A stretch of DNA of 63,222 nt, filler included, from Octopus bimaculoides (lineage: Eukaryota), in assembly GCF_001194135.2 (NCBI RefSeq). It is 4 parts of 4 records of this genome, joined end to end, with 100 filler letters (N's around TTAATTAATTAA, not from the genome) between each part and the next. Parts side by side here need not be neighbours in the genome. Positions count along the whole stretch, not along the records: positions 45,306 to 63,222 come from NC_068981.1; 3 more parts are not named here. The stretch is one strand, 5' to 3'. The notes below the pieces were generated by a model. The model had not been told where the DNA came from. It saw only the letters and a list, made by a program, of their open reading frames with translations, and did not search any database. The translations under genes were made by a program, and so were the position numbers. Positions 53,585 to 63,222 of the stretch are shown here, piece by piece (positions within the stretch are counted from its first letter, which is position 1; each line of letters starts with the position of its first letter).

Positions 53585-54755
53585 NNNNNNNNNNNNNNNN
53601 NNNNNNNNNNNNNNNNNNNNNNNNNNNNNNNNNNNNNNNNNNNNNNNNNNNNNNNNNNNNNNNNNNNNNNNNNNNNNNNNNNNNNNNNNNNNNNNNNNNN
53701 NNNNNNNNNNNNNNNNNNNNNNNNNNNNNNNNNNNNNNNNNNNNNNNNNNNNNNNNNNNNNNNNNNNNNNNNNNNNNNNNNNNNNNNNNNNNNNNNNNNN
53801 NNNNNNNNNNNNNNNNNNNNNNNNNNNNNNNNNNNNNNNNNNNNNNNNNNNNNNNNNNNNNNNNNNNNNNNNNNNNNNNNNNNNNNNNNNNNNNNNNNNN
53901 NNNNNNNNNNNNNNNNNNNNNNNNNNNNNNNNNNNNNNNNNNNNNNNNNNNNNNNNNNNNNNNNNNNNNNNNNNNNNNNNNNNNNNNNNNNNNNNNNNNN
54001 NNNNNNNNNNNNNNNNNNNNNNNNNNNNNNNNNNNNNNNNNNNNNNNNNNNNNNNNNNNNNNNNNNNNNNNNNNNNNNNNNNNNNNNNNNNNNNNNNNNN
54101 NNNNNNNNNNNNNNNNNNNNNNNNNNNNNNNNNNNNNNNNNNNNNNNNNNNNNNNNNNNNNNNNNNNNNNNNNNNNNNNNNNNNNNNNNNNNNNNNNNNN
54201 NNNNNNNNNNNNNNNNNNNNNNNNNNNNNNNNNNNNNNNNNNNNNNNNNNNNNNNNNNNNNNNNNNNNNNNNNNNNNNNNNNNNNNNNNNNNNNNNNNNN
54301 NNNNNNNNNNNNNNNNNNNNNNNNNNNNNNNNNNNNNNNNNNNNNNNNNNNNNNNNNNNNNNNNNNNNNNNNNNNNNNNNNNNNNNNNNNNNNNNNNNNN
54401 NNNNNNNNNNNNNNNNNNNNNNNNNNNNNNNNNNNNNNNNNNNNNNNNNNNNNNNNNNNNNNNNNNNNNNNNNNNNNNNNNNNNNNNNNNNNNNNNNNNN
54501 TGTATGTATGTATGTATGTATGTATGTATGTATGTATTTATGTATAAATGCATCAGTGTTGCATGTGTAAGTGGAAACTGACACAGATTTGCAAAATTCG
54601 ACATATTATGTTTTCCTCTTTCTACTACTCTTTCTCGCATGCATACATATGTGCATAGAGTCGTATATACGTACATATATTAAGCACAAGACATGCACAT
54701 ATATATGTATGCATGTGTGTTGCGTATATTCAGATATGTACGATACATGCCACAC

Positions 54756-54806
<51 letters not shown>

Positions 54807-55448
54807 TAGGCATACATGCATGCATTCATACATATTTCATATTCAGATTTGCACATTTGTGTTGGAATCTAATAAGATTTTGACCAACGGCTAAGGGAAG
54901 AAATATTGCCCTATCTTGTAACACTAGCGAGAATAAATAACTGGGCGGATTGTGAGTTTATTTGTAAAGCTATAGCTATCATCTTAGCTCCTGTGAACTT
55001 AACTGACATGAGAATGGTAATAAAAAATTGACTAAAAGAATATGAAATATGTTATCAATTTCTAATCCAATCATGTAAATAAATAAATAGAAGGACATTG
55101 AAGAGCGTTTGGGTGATGGAACGCCAATATGTAACGATTTATATATACCGATATACATACATATATATACATATATGCATATATATATGCATATATATAT
55201 ATATATATATNNNNNNNNNNNNNNNNNNNNNNNNNNNNNNNNNNNNNNNNNNNNNNNNNNNNNNNNNNNNNNNNNNNNNNNNNNNNNNNNNNNNNNNNNN
55301 NNNNNNNNNNNNNNNNNNNNNNNNNNNNNNNNNNNNNNNNNNNNNNNNNNNNNNNNNNNNNNNNNNNNNNNNNNNNNNNNNNNNNNNNNNNNNNNNNNNN
55401 NNNNNNNNNNNNNNNNNNNNNNNNNNNNNNNNNNNNNNNNNNNNNNNN

Positions 55449-55504
<56 letters not shown>

Positions 55505-55861
55505 GAGAGAGACAGACAGAATATGTTGAAAAATCTACGCTCGTGATAATGAACATGGGTTTGATAATACACAGGAAAGTAAAATGTGATTGTCGTATCT
55601 AGAATGATCCTCAGTGAAAAGTATTTGAAGTTTACCGGTTTAATTCTTATTGAGCACAGGCTACTCTTGAATTTATAAATATCTCATTGCTTTTGTTCTT
55701 ACTAAGTCTCATGCAAGTTCTTTCAAGTCTCACTCCAAAAATTCATGTCACCGTAAGCTTAACGTTTGGCTCTGAGTGTTAATTATGAGTAGCAAAGATG
55801 TATTTCAAGGAAAAGAGAACAAGTGTTGAGAATTATATTATTATTAATATTAGGATTATTA

Positions 55862-56060
55862 AGAAGGCTAGAATCGTTAGCACGCCGGACTAAATACTTC
55901 GTGACATTTCTCCAACTTTACCAACCGTATTCAAATTTCGTCGAGGTTGAGTTTTGGAATCGATAAAATAACTATCAGAGGTTCACTGGTGCCACTGAAA
56001 TCGATTAGATCTCTTTTCCCAAATTTCAGGCCTTGTGCTTATAATAGAAATGATTATTAA
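55862..56060 (+). mobile_element. SINE family A (tail type ii), degenerate
   Basis: GAATCGTTAGCACGCCGG...AAATTTCAGGCCTTGTGCTTATAATAGAAATGATTATT. Confidence 0.8.
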
Positions 56061-56394
56061 TATTATCATGCAAAAAAATAAACAATAATTCCTAATCAAC
56101 ACCGGAACATCCACAAACGCATATCTTTTTCATACGTTATAGATCACGAGATCCGTTTTCATCTAAGCAAAGAAAACCAAGAAGTAAACTAATTTTTGTT
56201 TGAATTCATTTCACTTTCTTAGACCACTTTTTTTCTCTCTTGGGAAGTTCTCGAATGAAGTATATCCTATTTTGCCTTCAGAACAGCAGTTTCGATCTCG
56301 CTGAAATTTACTTGGACATCCATAACTTGCGAAGTTTATGCTGTAGTACATTGAACACTATTCTTTGAATCACAAATGCACTTATCATGAAATA

Positions 56395-57876
56395 CACTGA
56401 ACCGCAAAAGAAACGCGAGACGTATGTGACTGTGAAATATGTTTTAATTTCACTATGCCAGAGATAAATTTTGATAATTCTGACGAAGTCAATTTCTTGT
56501 ATGCACTTTGACCACAGTCTATGGTTCGTTGTTATGTGTTCTAGTAGTAGGCGGATCTAGCACATGGAGATTGTAGGGTGTGACATATTCAATACTGTGT
56601 ATGCCCTCCCTGGCTGTTCAAAACGGCCAGACACCGTCGGTACATGAGGTGCATAAGGCGGTTCACAAAAGCTATTGACACTTGTGCCCACACTCTGAGA
56701 AAAGCTGCCTCCAGTTCCACACAAGTTGTCGGCCTTGGGACCACCTGGTTTAGCCGTCTCTGGATTTCATCCCACAGGCTTTCAATTGGGTTCAAATCCG
56801 GGCTGAGAGCCGGCCACAGCATCGTTCCGATGTTGTACTAACACAGGAAGACCATGGTGACCCTGGCCGTGTGGGAGGGAGCATTCTCCTGCTGGACAAG
56901 AGTGGGAAGGAGAGGGGCATGGTCTCCTCTAGGCCCAATACTATGGCCGCAATCAGCCAGGTAACATCCACCTCTGGTAGTATCTCCTCCACCATCACCA
57001 TGGAAGCCCGTCTTCCAAGGTAAGAAGGTAGGAGGATTATAATGTCTGTTGCTAACGAGGCCACGGAGTGTTACCCGGCCTTCTCTTCGGTGGGAAACCT
57101 CACTTCCACTGTTGCAAACTTGGTCCCCTGGAATGTTGCCGTCTTCCTGGTTACTCTCTGAGCCACGTCACGGAGGGGACAGTCTCTTTCCTGCCCCTCC
57201 CTATACAACATGTTTTTGTATTTCTTTAATTCATTCGTTACCACTTCCAAATTTTTCCTTTCTAAACCGGCCGCAGCTGCAAAACTCTTTTCACACGCCG
57301 CCTTTCGCGTCCTCAATTTCTCCTCCCTGCTGTTTACACATTGTAGGAGCTCGTTCTCCGACGAATCCATGTCGGAAAAGCCAATCTACTCGAAGTTGCA
57401 CTTCATGATAAGTATCAAAAGTTTCCCTCCCTGAAGCAAGCGGGGAGGGGACAACAACAATTCTGCTCACGCGGGAGAAACAACGTGTTTTTCAAACACA
57501 ACAACAAATTTAGCAAACGCAACGTGAGGCAACAAGCAATTAAGCTTACCAACCCTGCAACTTTGAAACACCACGCGCGAAGTCAAGAAAGGACAAATTT
57601 CGACAAATTTCGAATGCCAGGAACACGGTTCAAGTTGATCTTTATACCCATAACCTCTACAAGATGCATGTGCATTTCGGTTTTCATGAGAATTGTTTGC
57701 CACCCGTTGCATTCAACGCAGCTGCGCTTTGGCATCTTCTTTCGGGGAAAGTTGAAAGGTTACCTGCAATTTGGGTCTCAGCCTAAACCAGCATCTTACA
57801 TCTCCGAAATAAATTTTCAGAATTTACCATATAAAAATGACATTTGAAAAAATCGCGTTTCTTTTGCGGTTCAGTG
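56395..57876 (-). mobile_element. Tc1 (DD34E) element with perfect 24-bp TIRs, internally deleted and interrupted by a LINE fragment
   Basis: CACTGAACCGCAAAAGAAACGCGA at 56395-418 and its exact reverse complement at 57853-876, TA on both sides; C-terminal transposase QQENAPSHTARVT...WPALSPDLNPIESLWDEI...GGHTQY* (about 56930-56589). Confidence 0.93.
56930..57530 (-). pseudogene. LINE 5' UTR plus ORF1-like N-terminal fragment inside the Tc1 shell
   Basis: ORF from 57370 (MDSSENELLQ...FQGTKFATVEVRFPTEEKA), frameshift, IIILLPSYLGRRASMVMVEEILPEVDVTWLIAAIVLG; homologous to 13250-13620. Confidence 0.5.
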
Positions 57877-58393
57877 TAGATAAATCGATATAGTCCGACT
57901 AAATATATGATCAATTTAGAATCATTTAATTTTTTTTATGTTTCATGCTACAAATCACTATTTCATTCTTCGGAAAATTTGAAATATAACTTTATTCCAT
58001 TATGACATCTTCACATTTACATTTTTTGATAAAGAAAATTGAAATAATGGAAGTCTTTAAGTACGCCATTGATTTTCATTATATCTTAAATTAAGAAATA
58101 TTTCAATTGTGACGTTATTTCATCCCAACCGCAAACTCACTCCTCCCGCCCCGGCATTCTCTTTCCCGAATATAAAACCACTGCGATATTCTCACTTCTT
58201 CAGGTTTTAATAAACTATCATTGAATTAAGCCTCATAAACTACTTCAGTCAATTGCCCTCTATATCTAAGGATAGAGAAAACGAGGTTCGGAGTCAGATG
58301 AATTTTTCTTCTTCGCGAATAATTTTTAAAATAATCAAGTTTCAGATAATCCCCATTGCTTTGTGTGGAAATCCCATTAAATATCTTGATTAT

Positions 58394-58395
<2 letters not shown>

Positions 58396-58466
<71 letters not shown>

Positions 58467-58467
58467 G

Positions 58468-58530
<63 letters not shown>

Positions 58531-58552
58531 GGATGGATGGATAGATAGATAT

Positions 58553-58617
<65 letters not shown>
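58396..58617. repeat. (GATA)n of about 220 bp with GGAT variants
   Basis: Direct reading. Confidence 0.97.
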
Positions 58618-58618
<1 letters not shown>

Positions 58619-58762
58619 TCTTTTTGCACACTCAGTAACACGCGATATCATTATAATATTTGCAATATGTACGAAATGTGCACATTAGCATACAGAATTT
58701 TAACCTGGGCACTTTCAGGGAAGGAAACCTTGAGTTTATAATTAGAAACATCGAGGATTGTT

Positions 58763-58845
58763 TACTGCTCGACTGGTATTTATTTTATCGACCCCAAAAG
58801 AATGAATGGCAGAGTCAACCTCGTTGACATTTGAACTCAGAAAGT
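58763..58845 (-). mobile_element. SINE family A core fragment
   Basis: TTTTATCGACCCCAAAAGAATGAATGGCAGAGTCAACCTCG...TTTGAACTCAGAA. Confidence 0.75.
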
Positions 58846-58850
58846 GTGAG

Positions 58851-58990
58851 GTGGAAGTGTTCGCGGTTAGAGTTGTTTGGGATAGCGTAAGTCGGTGCAT
58901 CAGTAACCGGCTAATGACTTGTGGAAGTGTCCGCGGTTAGAGTTGTTTGGGATAGCGTAAGTCGGTGCATCAGTAACCGGCTAATGACTT
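58851..58990. repeat. Direct tandem duplication, 2 x 70 bp, one mismatch
   Basis: 58851-58920 equals 58921-58990 except T/C at unit position 11. Confidence 0.97.
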
Positions 58991-59353
58991 ATCTTCTGCA
59001 TTTAATAGAAGACGGCCTAAGTTTACAACCCACCATCTCTTATCAGTAGCAGTACTACACATTGTTTCACAGTCAAGCCCCATCTTTCCTGCCGTATATC
59101 GTTTATGAGCTGGGTCACCGTCCGAGACTGTTAAGACTAACAGAAATCCTCTGTACGCGACACTTATGTGCCGATATGTTGATGTAACTACTGTTGAGCT
59201 GAAAGTTGAAGATTATCTTGGACACAGTGCTAGAGAAAATCTTTCTGTTCACATCAAGCAAGGAGAGAACATGAAATTCGCATTCTCAGGTCGCTCCACT
59301 TCATATAGATCTTATGTAGTCATTAATTATGGCTGGTAAGAAAGTAGCCATTG

Positions 59354-59414
59354 GTTCTACGTGTATTATTACTCTTACCATTATAGGGAACTCATCAGAC
59401 ATGATAACTAGAAG
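59354..59414 (-). ncRNA. Degenerate hammerhead-like motif in the pLTR downstream of the Penelope relic
   Basis: Minus strand CTTCTA-GTTAT-CATGT CTGATGA GTTCCC-TATAAT-GGTAAG ... ACACG-TAGAAC; GAAA not intact. Confidence 0.35.
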
Positions 59415-59559
59415 CACATAACCTCTTTACAATAGGGGAGAAAATACATTTTTGGTCAGCATGGTGGTGAAAAAGTCCTAAAACGAAATTCTTTTTTAGG
59501 GAAAAATTCCGCTAGGCAAATTGGAGTTATCTCCCTTTAAACAGTTCTTGTTGTGTCTG

Positions 59560-59890
59560 TAAACAGTCAGTTTAAGTACGTTTTTCGTTCATTAGTCTGC
59601 AAGCAGGGAAGCCTGTCTAACACGAATTTTCGCTCATGAGGGCACCGCATAAACATTTCACTTTTTGAATTTAAGAAGGTTCCCGTATAAAACGAAGTTC
59701 TTAAGATCCGTGCTCTCTCAACCAAGCAAAGTTTACATCGTCTGCTCTCGTTGAGCTTTGGTCAGGCAGTTCCAGGAGCTTCCATTTATTCATGTATGAC
59801 GTTCCCTCTTTTAAACATCATGAGCAACTGGCCAATGATGTTACGCTGCATCTCTCTGGAATCATAAAAGATGACATGTGGTTATTTAAA
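59560..59890 (-). pseudogene. Penelope-like element C-terminus (GIY-YIG tail)
   Basis: Minus strand ...SRRCKLCLVERARILRTSFYTGTFLNSKSEMFMRCPHERKFVL matches the PLE terminal pattern SKRC.LCL.EK..I......LN.R.E....CRH..KF.L. Confidence 0.75.
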
Positions 59891-60800
59891 AGGGTCCTCC
59901 GTTGAACCAACACATTTCCGTGTATGCGCACTTACGTTGTTGTTGTTGTTGCTGCTATCGCCGCTGTTTCTCCTCTTACTGACGGACACATTGTAGGTGC
60001 TGTTGGTGGTTGTGCTGCTGCTGCTGTTGCTGCTATTATTATCGTTGTTACTGTTACAGCCGGACACCACCTGACCGGCAGTAATAGCAGCAAAAGCAGC
60101 GATCAGTCGCTTATATTGCCAGGAGCAGGTCTGAGGAGTAGTTACGAAAAATATTGATAAGAAAATTAGTAGACGTGAAACCAATAGTGGCTTTGTGATA
60201 TGCCGTGACATAAATCAGNNNNNNNNNNNNNNNNNNNNNNNNNNNNNNNNNNNNNNNNNNNNNNNNNNNNNNNNNNNNNNNNNNNNNNNNNNNNNNNNNN
60301 NNNNNNNNNNNNNNNNNNNNNNNNNNNNNNNNNNNNNNNNNNNNNNNNNNNNNNNNNNNNNNNNNNNNNNNNNNNNNNNNNNNNNNNNNNNNNNNNNNNN
60401 NNNNNNNNNNNNNNNNNNNNNNNNNNNNNNNNNNNNNNNNNNNNNNNNNNNNNNNNNNNNNNNNNNNNNNNNNNNNNNNNNNNNNNNNNNNNNNNNNNNN
60501 NNNNNNNNNNNNNNNNNNNNNNNNNNNNNNNNNNNNNNNNNNNNNNNNNNNNNNNNNNNNNNNNNNNNNNNNNNNNNNNNNNNNNNNNNNNNNNNNNNNN
60601 NNNNNNNNNNNNNNNNNNNNNNNNNNNNNNNNNNNNNNNNNNNNNNNNNNNNNNNNTATATATATATAATTTAGAGAAAAGAACCAAAGTTCATGAACTC
60701 GTCCATGAAAATCCACAGCCACATATAGAAAAATTTAATAAATAAATACACTAAAAAGAACTATAATAAAATACAAAGTAATAATCATGTGCCATTGTAT

Positions 60801-60850
60801 CTGTTCCATCTACTCCGCGTTTCGAAGGCAGCGCGGAGTAGATGGAACAG
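60801..60850. repeat. Perfect 19-bp inverted repeat with 12-nt loop
   Basis: CTGTTCCATCTACTCCGCG (60801-19) / CGCGGAGTAGATGGAACAG (60832-50). Confidence 0.97.
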
Positions 60851-62830
60851 GGACAACTGATGAAGGGAAATACTCTTTATGTTGCATGTCTCGTTTCTCT
60901 ATTTGTTTGTTTTTTCGTTGTTCGTTTTCTATTTTCGTTTTTATGTTTTCGTTTCTCATTGTGTTTAACGTTTTTTTTTTATGGCCTGTACCCATATATG
61001 CATGTATGTATACATATAGATGCAGGTATGTACATATATGTATGGATATATGCATATATCTATATATTATTTACATATATATATATATATATATATTTGC
61101 ATATATATATCTATGCATACACACACACACAGAGAGAAGTTAATTACAGGATATATTAACCTCCTAAAGGGATGATTACATCCAAGAAAACACTACTTCT
61201 ATACCTTACGTCTTTGGGGAATAAAATTTCCCTAAATAAATAGGTATATATTAATTATATAATCCGTATGAAATTAAGAGTAGAAACTGGAGAGTAGTTG
61301 GTTAATATCTATTTATAAATAAATTGATAATCATTTCTTCCTACCGCTATTGGAATGAACAGATAGGTCAACATGTAATTTTATAATTTCTAACTCTTCC
61401 CTGATGATAGTTTGCTCATAACTTATAAATGCAAATTTAATGCGTAAATTTGTAATTCATTCAATGAGTACAAATAGAAACAGCTGCAGGAAAAATGATT
61501 ATCGATTTATTAATAAATAAATATTAACCAACAACTCTCCATTTTCTTCTCTTAATTTAATACGGATTATTATCCGTATTAAATTAACTACGGTCATTCC
61601 ATAGCACTTACATAACCGTATCTGCCCCCATGGGTCATCTGGATACCATACCTCTCATATATATACATATATATATATATATATANNNNNNNNNNNNNNN
61701 NNNNNNNNNNNNNNNNNNNNNNNNNNNNNNNNNNNNNNNNNNNNNNNNNNNNNNNNNNNNNNNNNNNNNNNNNNNNNNNNNNNNNNNNNNNNNNNNNNNN
61801 NNNNNNNNNNNNNNNNNNNNNNNNNNNNNNNNNNNNNNNNNNNNNNNNNNNNNNNNNNNNNNNNNNNNNNNNNNNNNNNNNNNNNNNNNNNNNNNNNNNN
61901 NNNNNNNNNNNNNNNNNNNNNNNNNNNNNNNNNNNNNNNNNNNNNNNNNNNNNNNNNNNNNNNNNNNNNNNNNNNNNNNNNNNNNNNNNNNNNNNNNNNN
62001 NNNNNNNNNNNNNNNNNNNNNNNNNNNNNNNNNNNNNNNNNNNNNNNNNNNNNNNNNNNNNNNNNNNNNNNNNNNNNNNNGTATACAATTATGTATCAAT
62101 AAATATGTAAAGTATGTCTGTACATGTATGTATGGATGTTTATATGTTCGTATGTAAGTATGATTATACATACGTACGTATGTATGTATTAATGCATATA
62201 TGTATGTATGTATGTATGTATGTATTTATGTATGTATGTATACCTGCATGTATGTATGTATGTATGTATGTCATTCCTAAACTGACTTATATACCGATAA
62301 GTAGACAAGTGTGAGACGTTTCAACTTCAGAATTGAAGCCCAAAGAATGAGCTGGCATTTCCTTGTTGATTCGATCCTCCGCCACTGAATTGCTCAACCT
62401 CATTGTTTGACGCTCCCATTCATACATGCAAGAGGGATTTAACTTGAATTGAAGAGATGGATTAAAATCTCATTAATATTCAGTCCAGGACTGACAGATT
62501 ATCTATTTGATCTTTGCAATTTTCTTTTGAGCATTCATGACACAACTTAAGCTAAATTTTATGTTTTCTTATCAACAAGAAAAAGAATCATTTTGAATCC
62601 GTGGATATATGTAAAATTTTATTTATTCGAAATGGTAATTAGTTTCTTTAAAAAGAAAAGACAGCCAGGCTCTCATTCTAATTCCAAATGATAATTACAT
62701 CAAATCTTCGTATCAGTCTATAGATATCTAAATCAGATTGAAAACTCAATGAATTTCAGGTGTTTTCGTGTTGTTGTTGATTTTTCGCGGCTTCTCACAA
62801 CACTAACAACGTCAACAGCTTCAACAATAA

Positions 62831-62865
<35 letters not shown>

Positions 62866-63123
62866 CAATAACAACAACAACAACAACAACAATAACAACA
62901 ACCATCGACCATATCCATTGTAAAGACAGTGGAAATGCAGTATTTAAGAGTCTATTTGAACCATTTGAAGACATTTTCTTAAGAAGGTTGAAAAGCAGAT
63001 AAAGTTCCCAATATATAATAAATTCGTGTGTACTTGTTTGTGTGTGTATGCATATATACATACGCATATACGTACATATATGTATTTACATATATTATGT
63101 ATGTACGTATGTATGTTTTGATA

Positions 63124-63128
63124 GATAA

Positions 63129-63203
<75 letters not shown>
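63124..63203. repeat. (GATA)n
   Basis: Direct reading. Confidence 0.97.
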
Positions 63204-63222
63204 TTTATTTATGTGTGTATGT

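Noticed and set aside
58160-58203. Minus-strand CTGAAGA...GAAA
   Set aside because: Stem II is out of register with the core and there is no stem I.
58851-58990. CRISPR-like or rRNA-like reading of the 70-bp repeat
   Set aside because: No spacers, only two units, eukaryotic context; short 16S-like words (ACCGGCTAA, CCGCGGT) are in the wrong order.
60069-60160. Type III hammerhead: ACCTG/CAGGT stem I, CTGAGGA, GTA/TAC, GAAA
   Set aside because: No UH cleavage site before stem I, no stem III partner, and stem II loop only 2 nt; probably chance.

Overview
Eukaryotic, AT-rich, gap-rich draft scaffold with extreme microsatellite density ((CA)n, (TA)n, (GATA)n, (AAT)n, (GAA)n). The repeat complement looks like a cephalopod genome, probably Octopus (inference from recalled SINE families; not provable here). 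No intact protein-coding gene, rRNA, true tRNA or CRISPR array is supported; nearly all listed ORFs are translations of microsatellites or N-gaps. The window is a transposon graveyard: about 17 copies of one tRNA-derived SINE with three alternative 3' tails, three other SINE families, four Tc1/mariner relics (a full-length DD41D-like element with a nested SINE, a Tc1 shell with perfect 24-bp TIRs carrying a LINE ORF1 piece, a mariner, a Tc1 5' half), R4/Dong-type LINE 3' ends tied to (AAT)n tracts, two diverged LINE ORF1-like relics and three Penelope-like (GIY-YIG) relics. The most interesting signal is a dispersed set of type I hammerhead ribozyme motifs found by eye: three well-formed (10154-10203, 27222-27300, 53186-53231) plus degenerate ones, some tied to Penelope relics and one free-standing with an extended, bulged stem I. 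A candidate host promoter/exon lies at 34309-34425. All coordinates for degenerate repeats are approximate; no database search or folding program was run.
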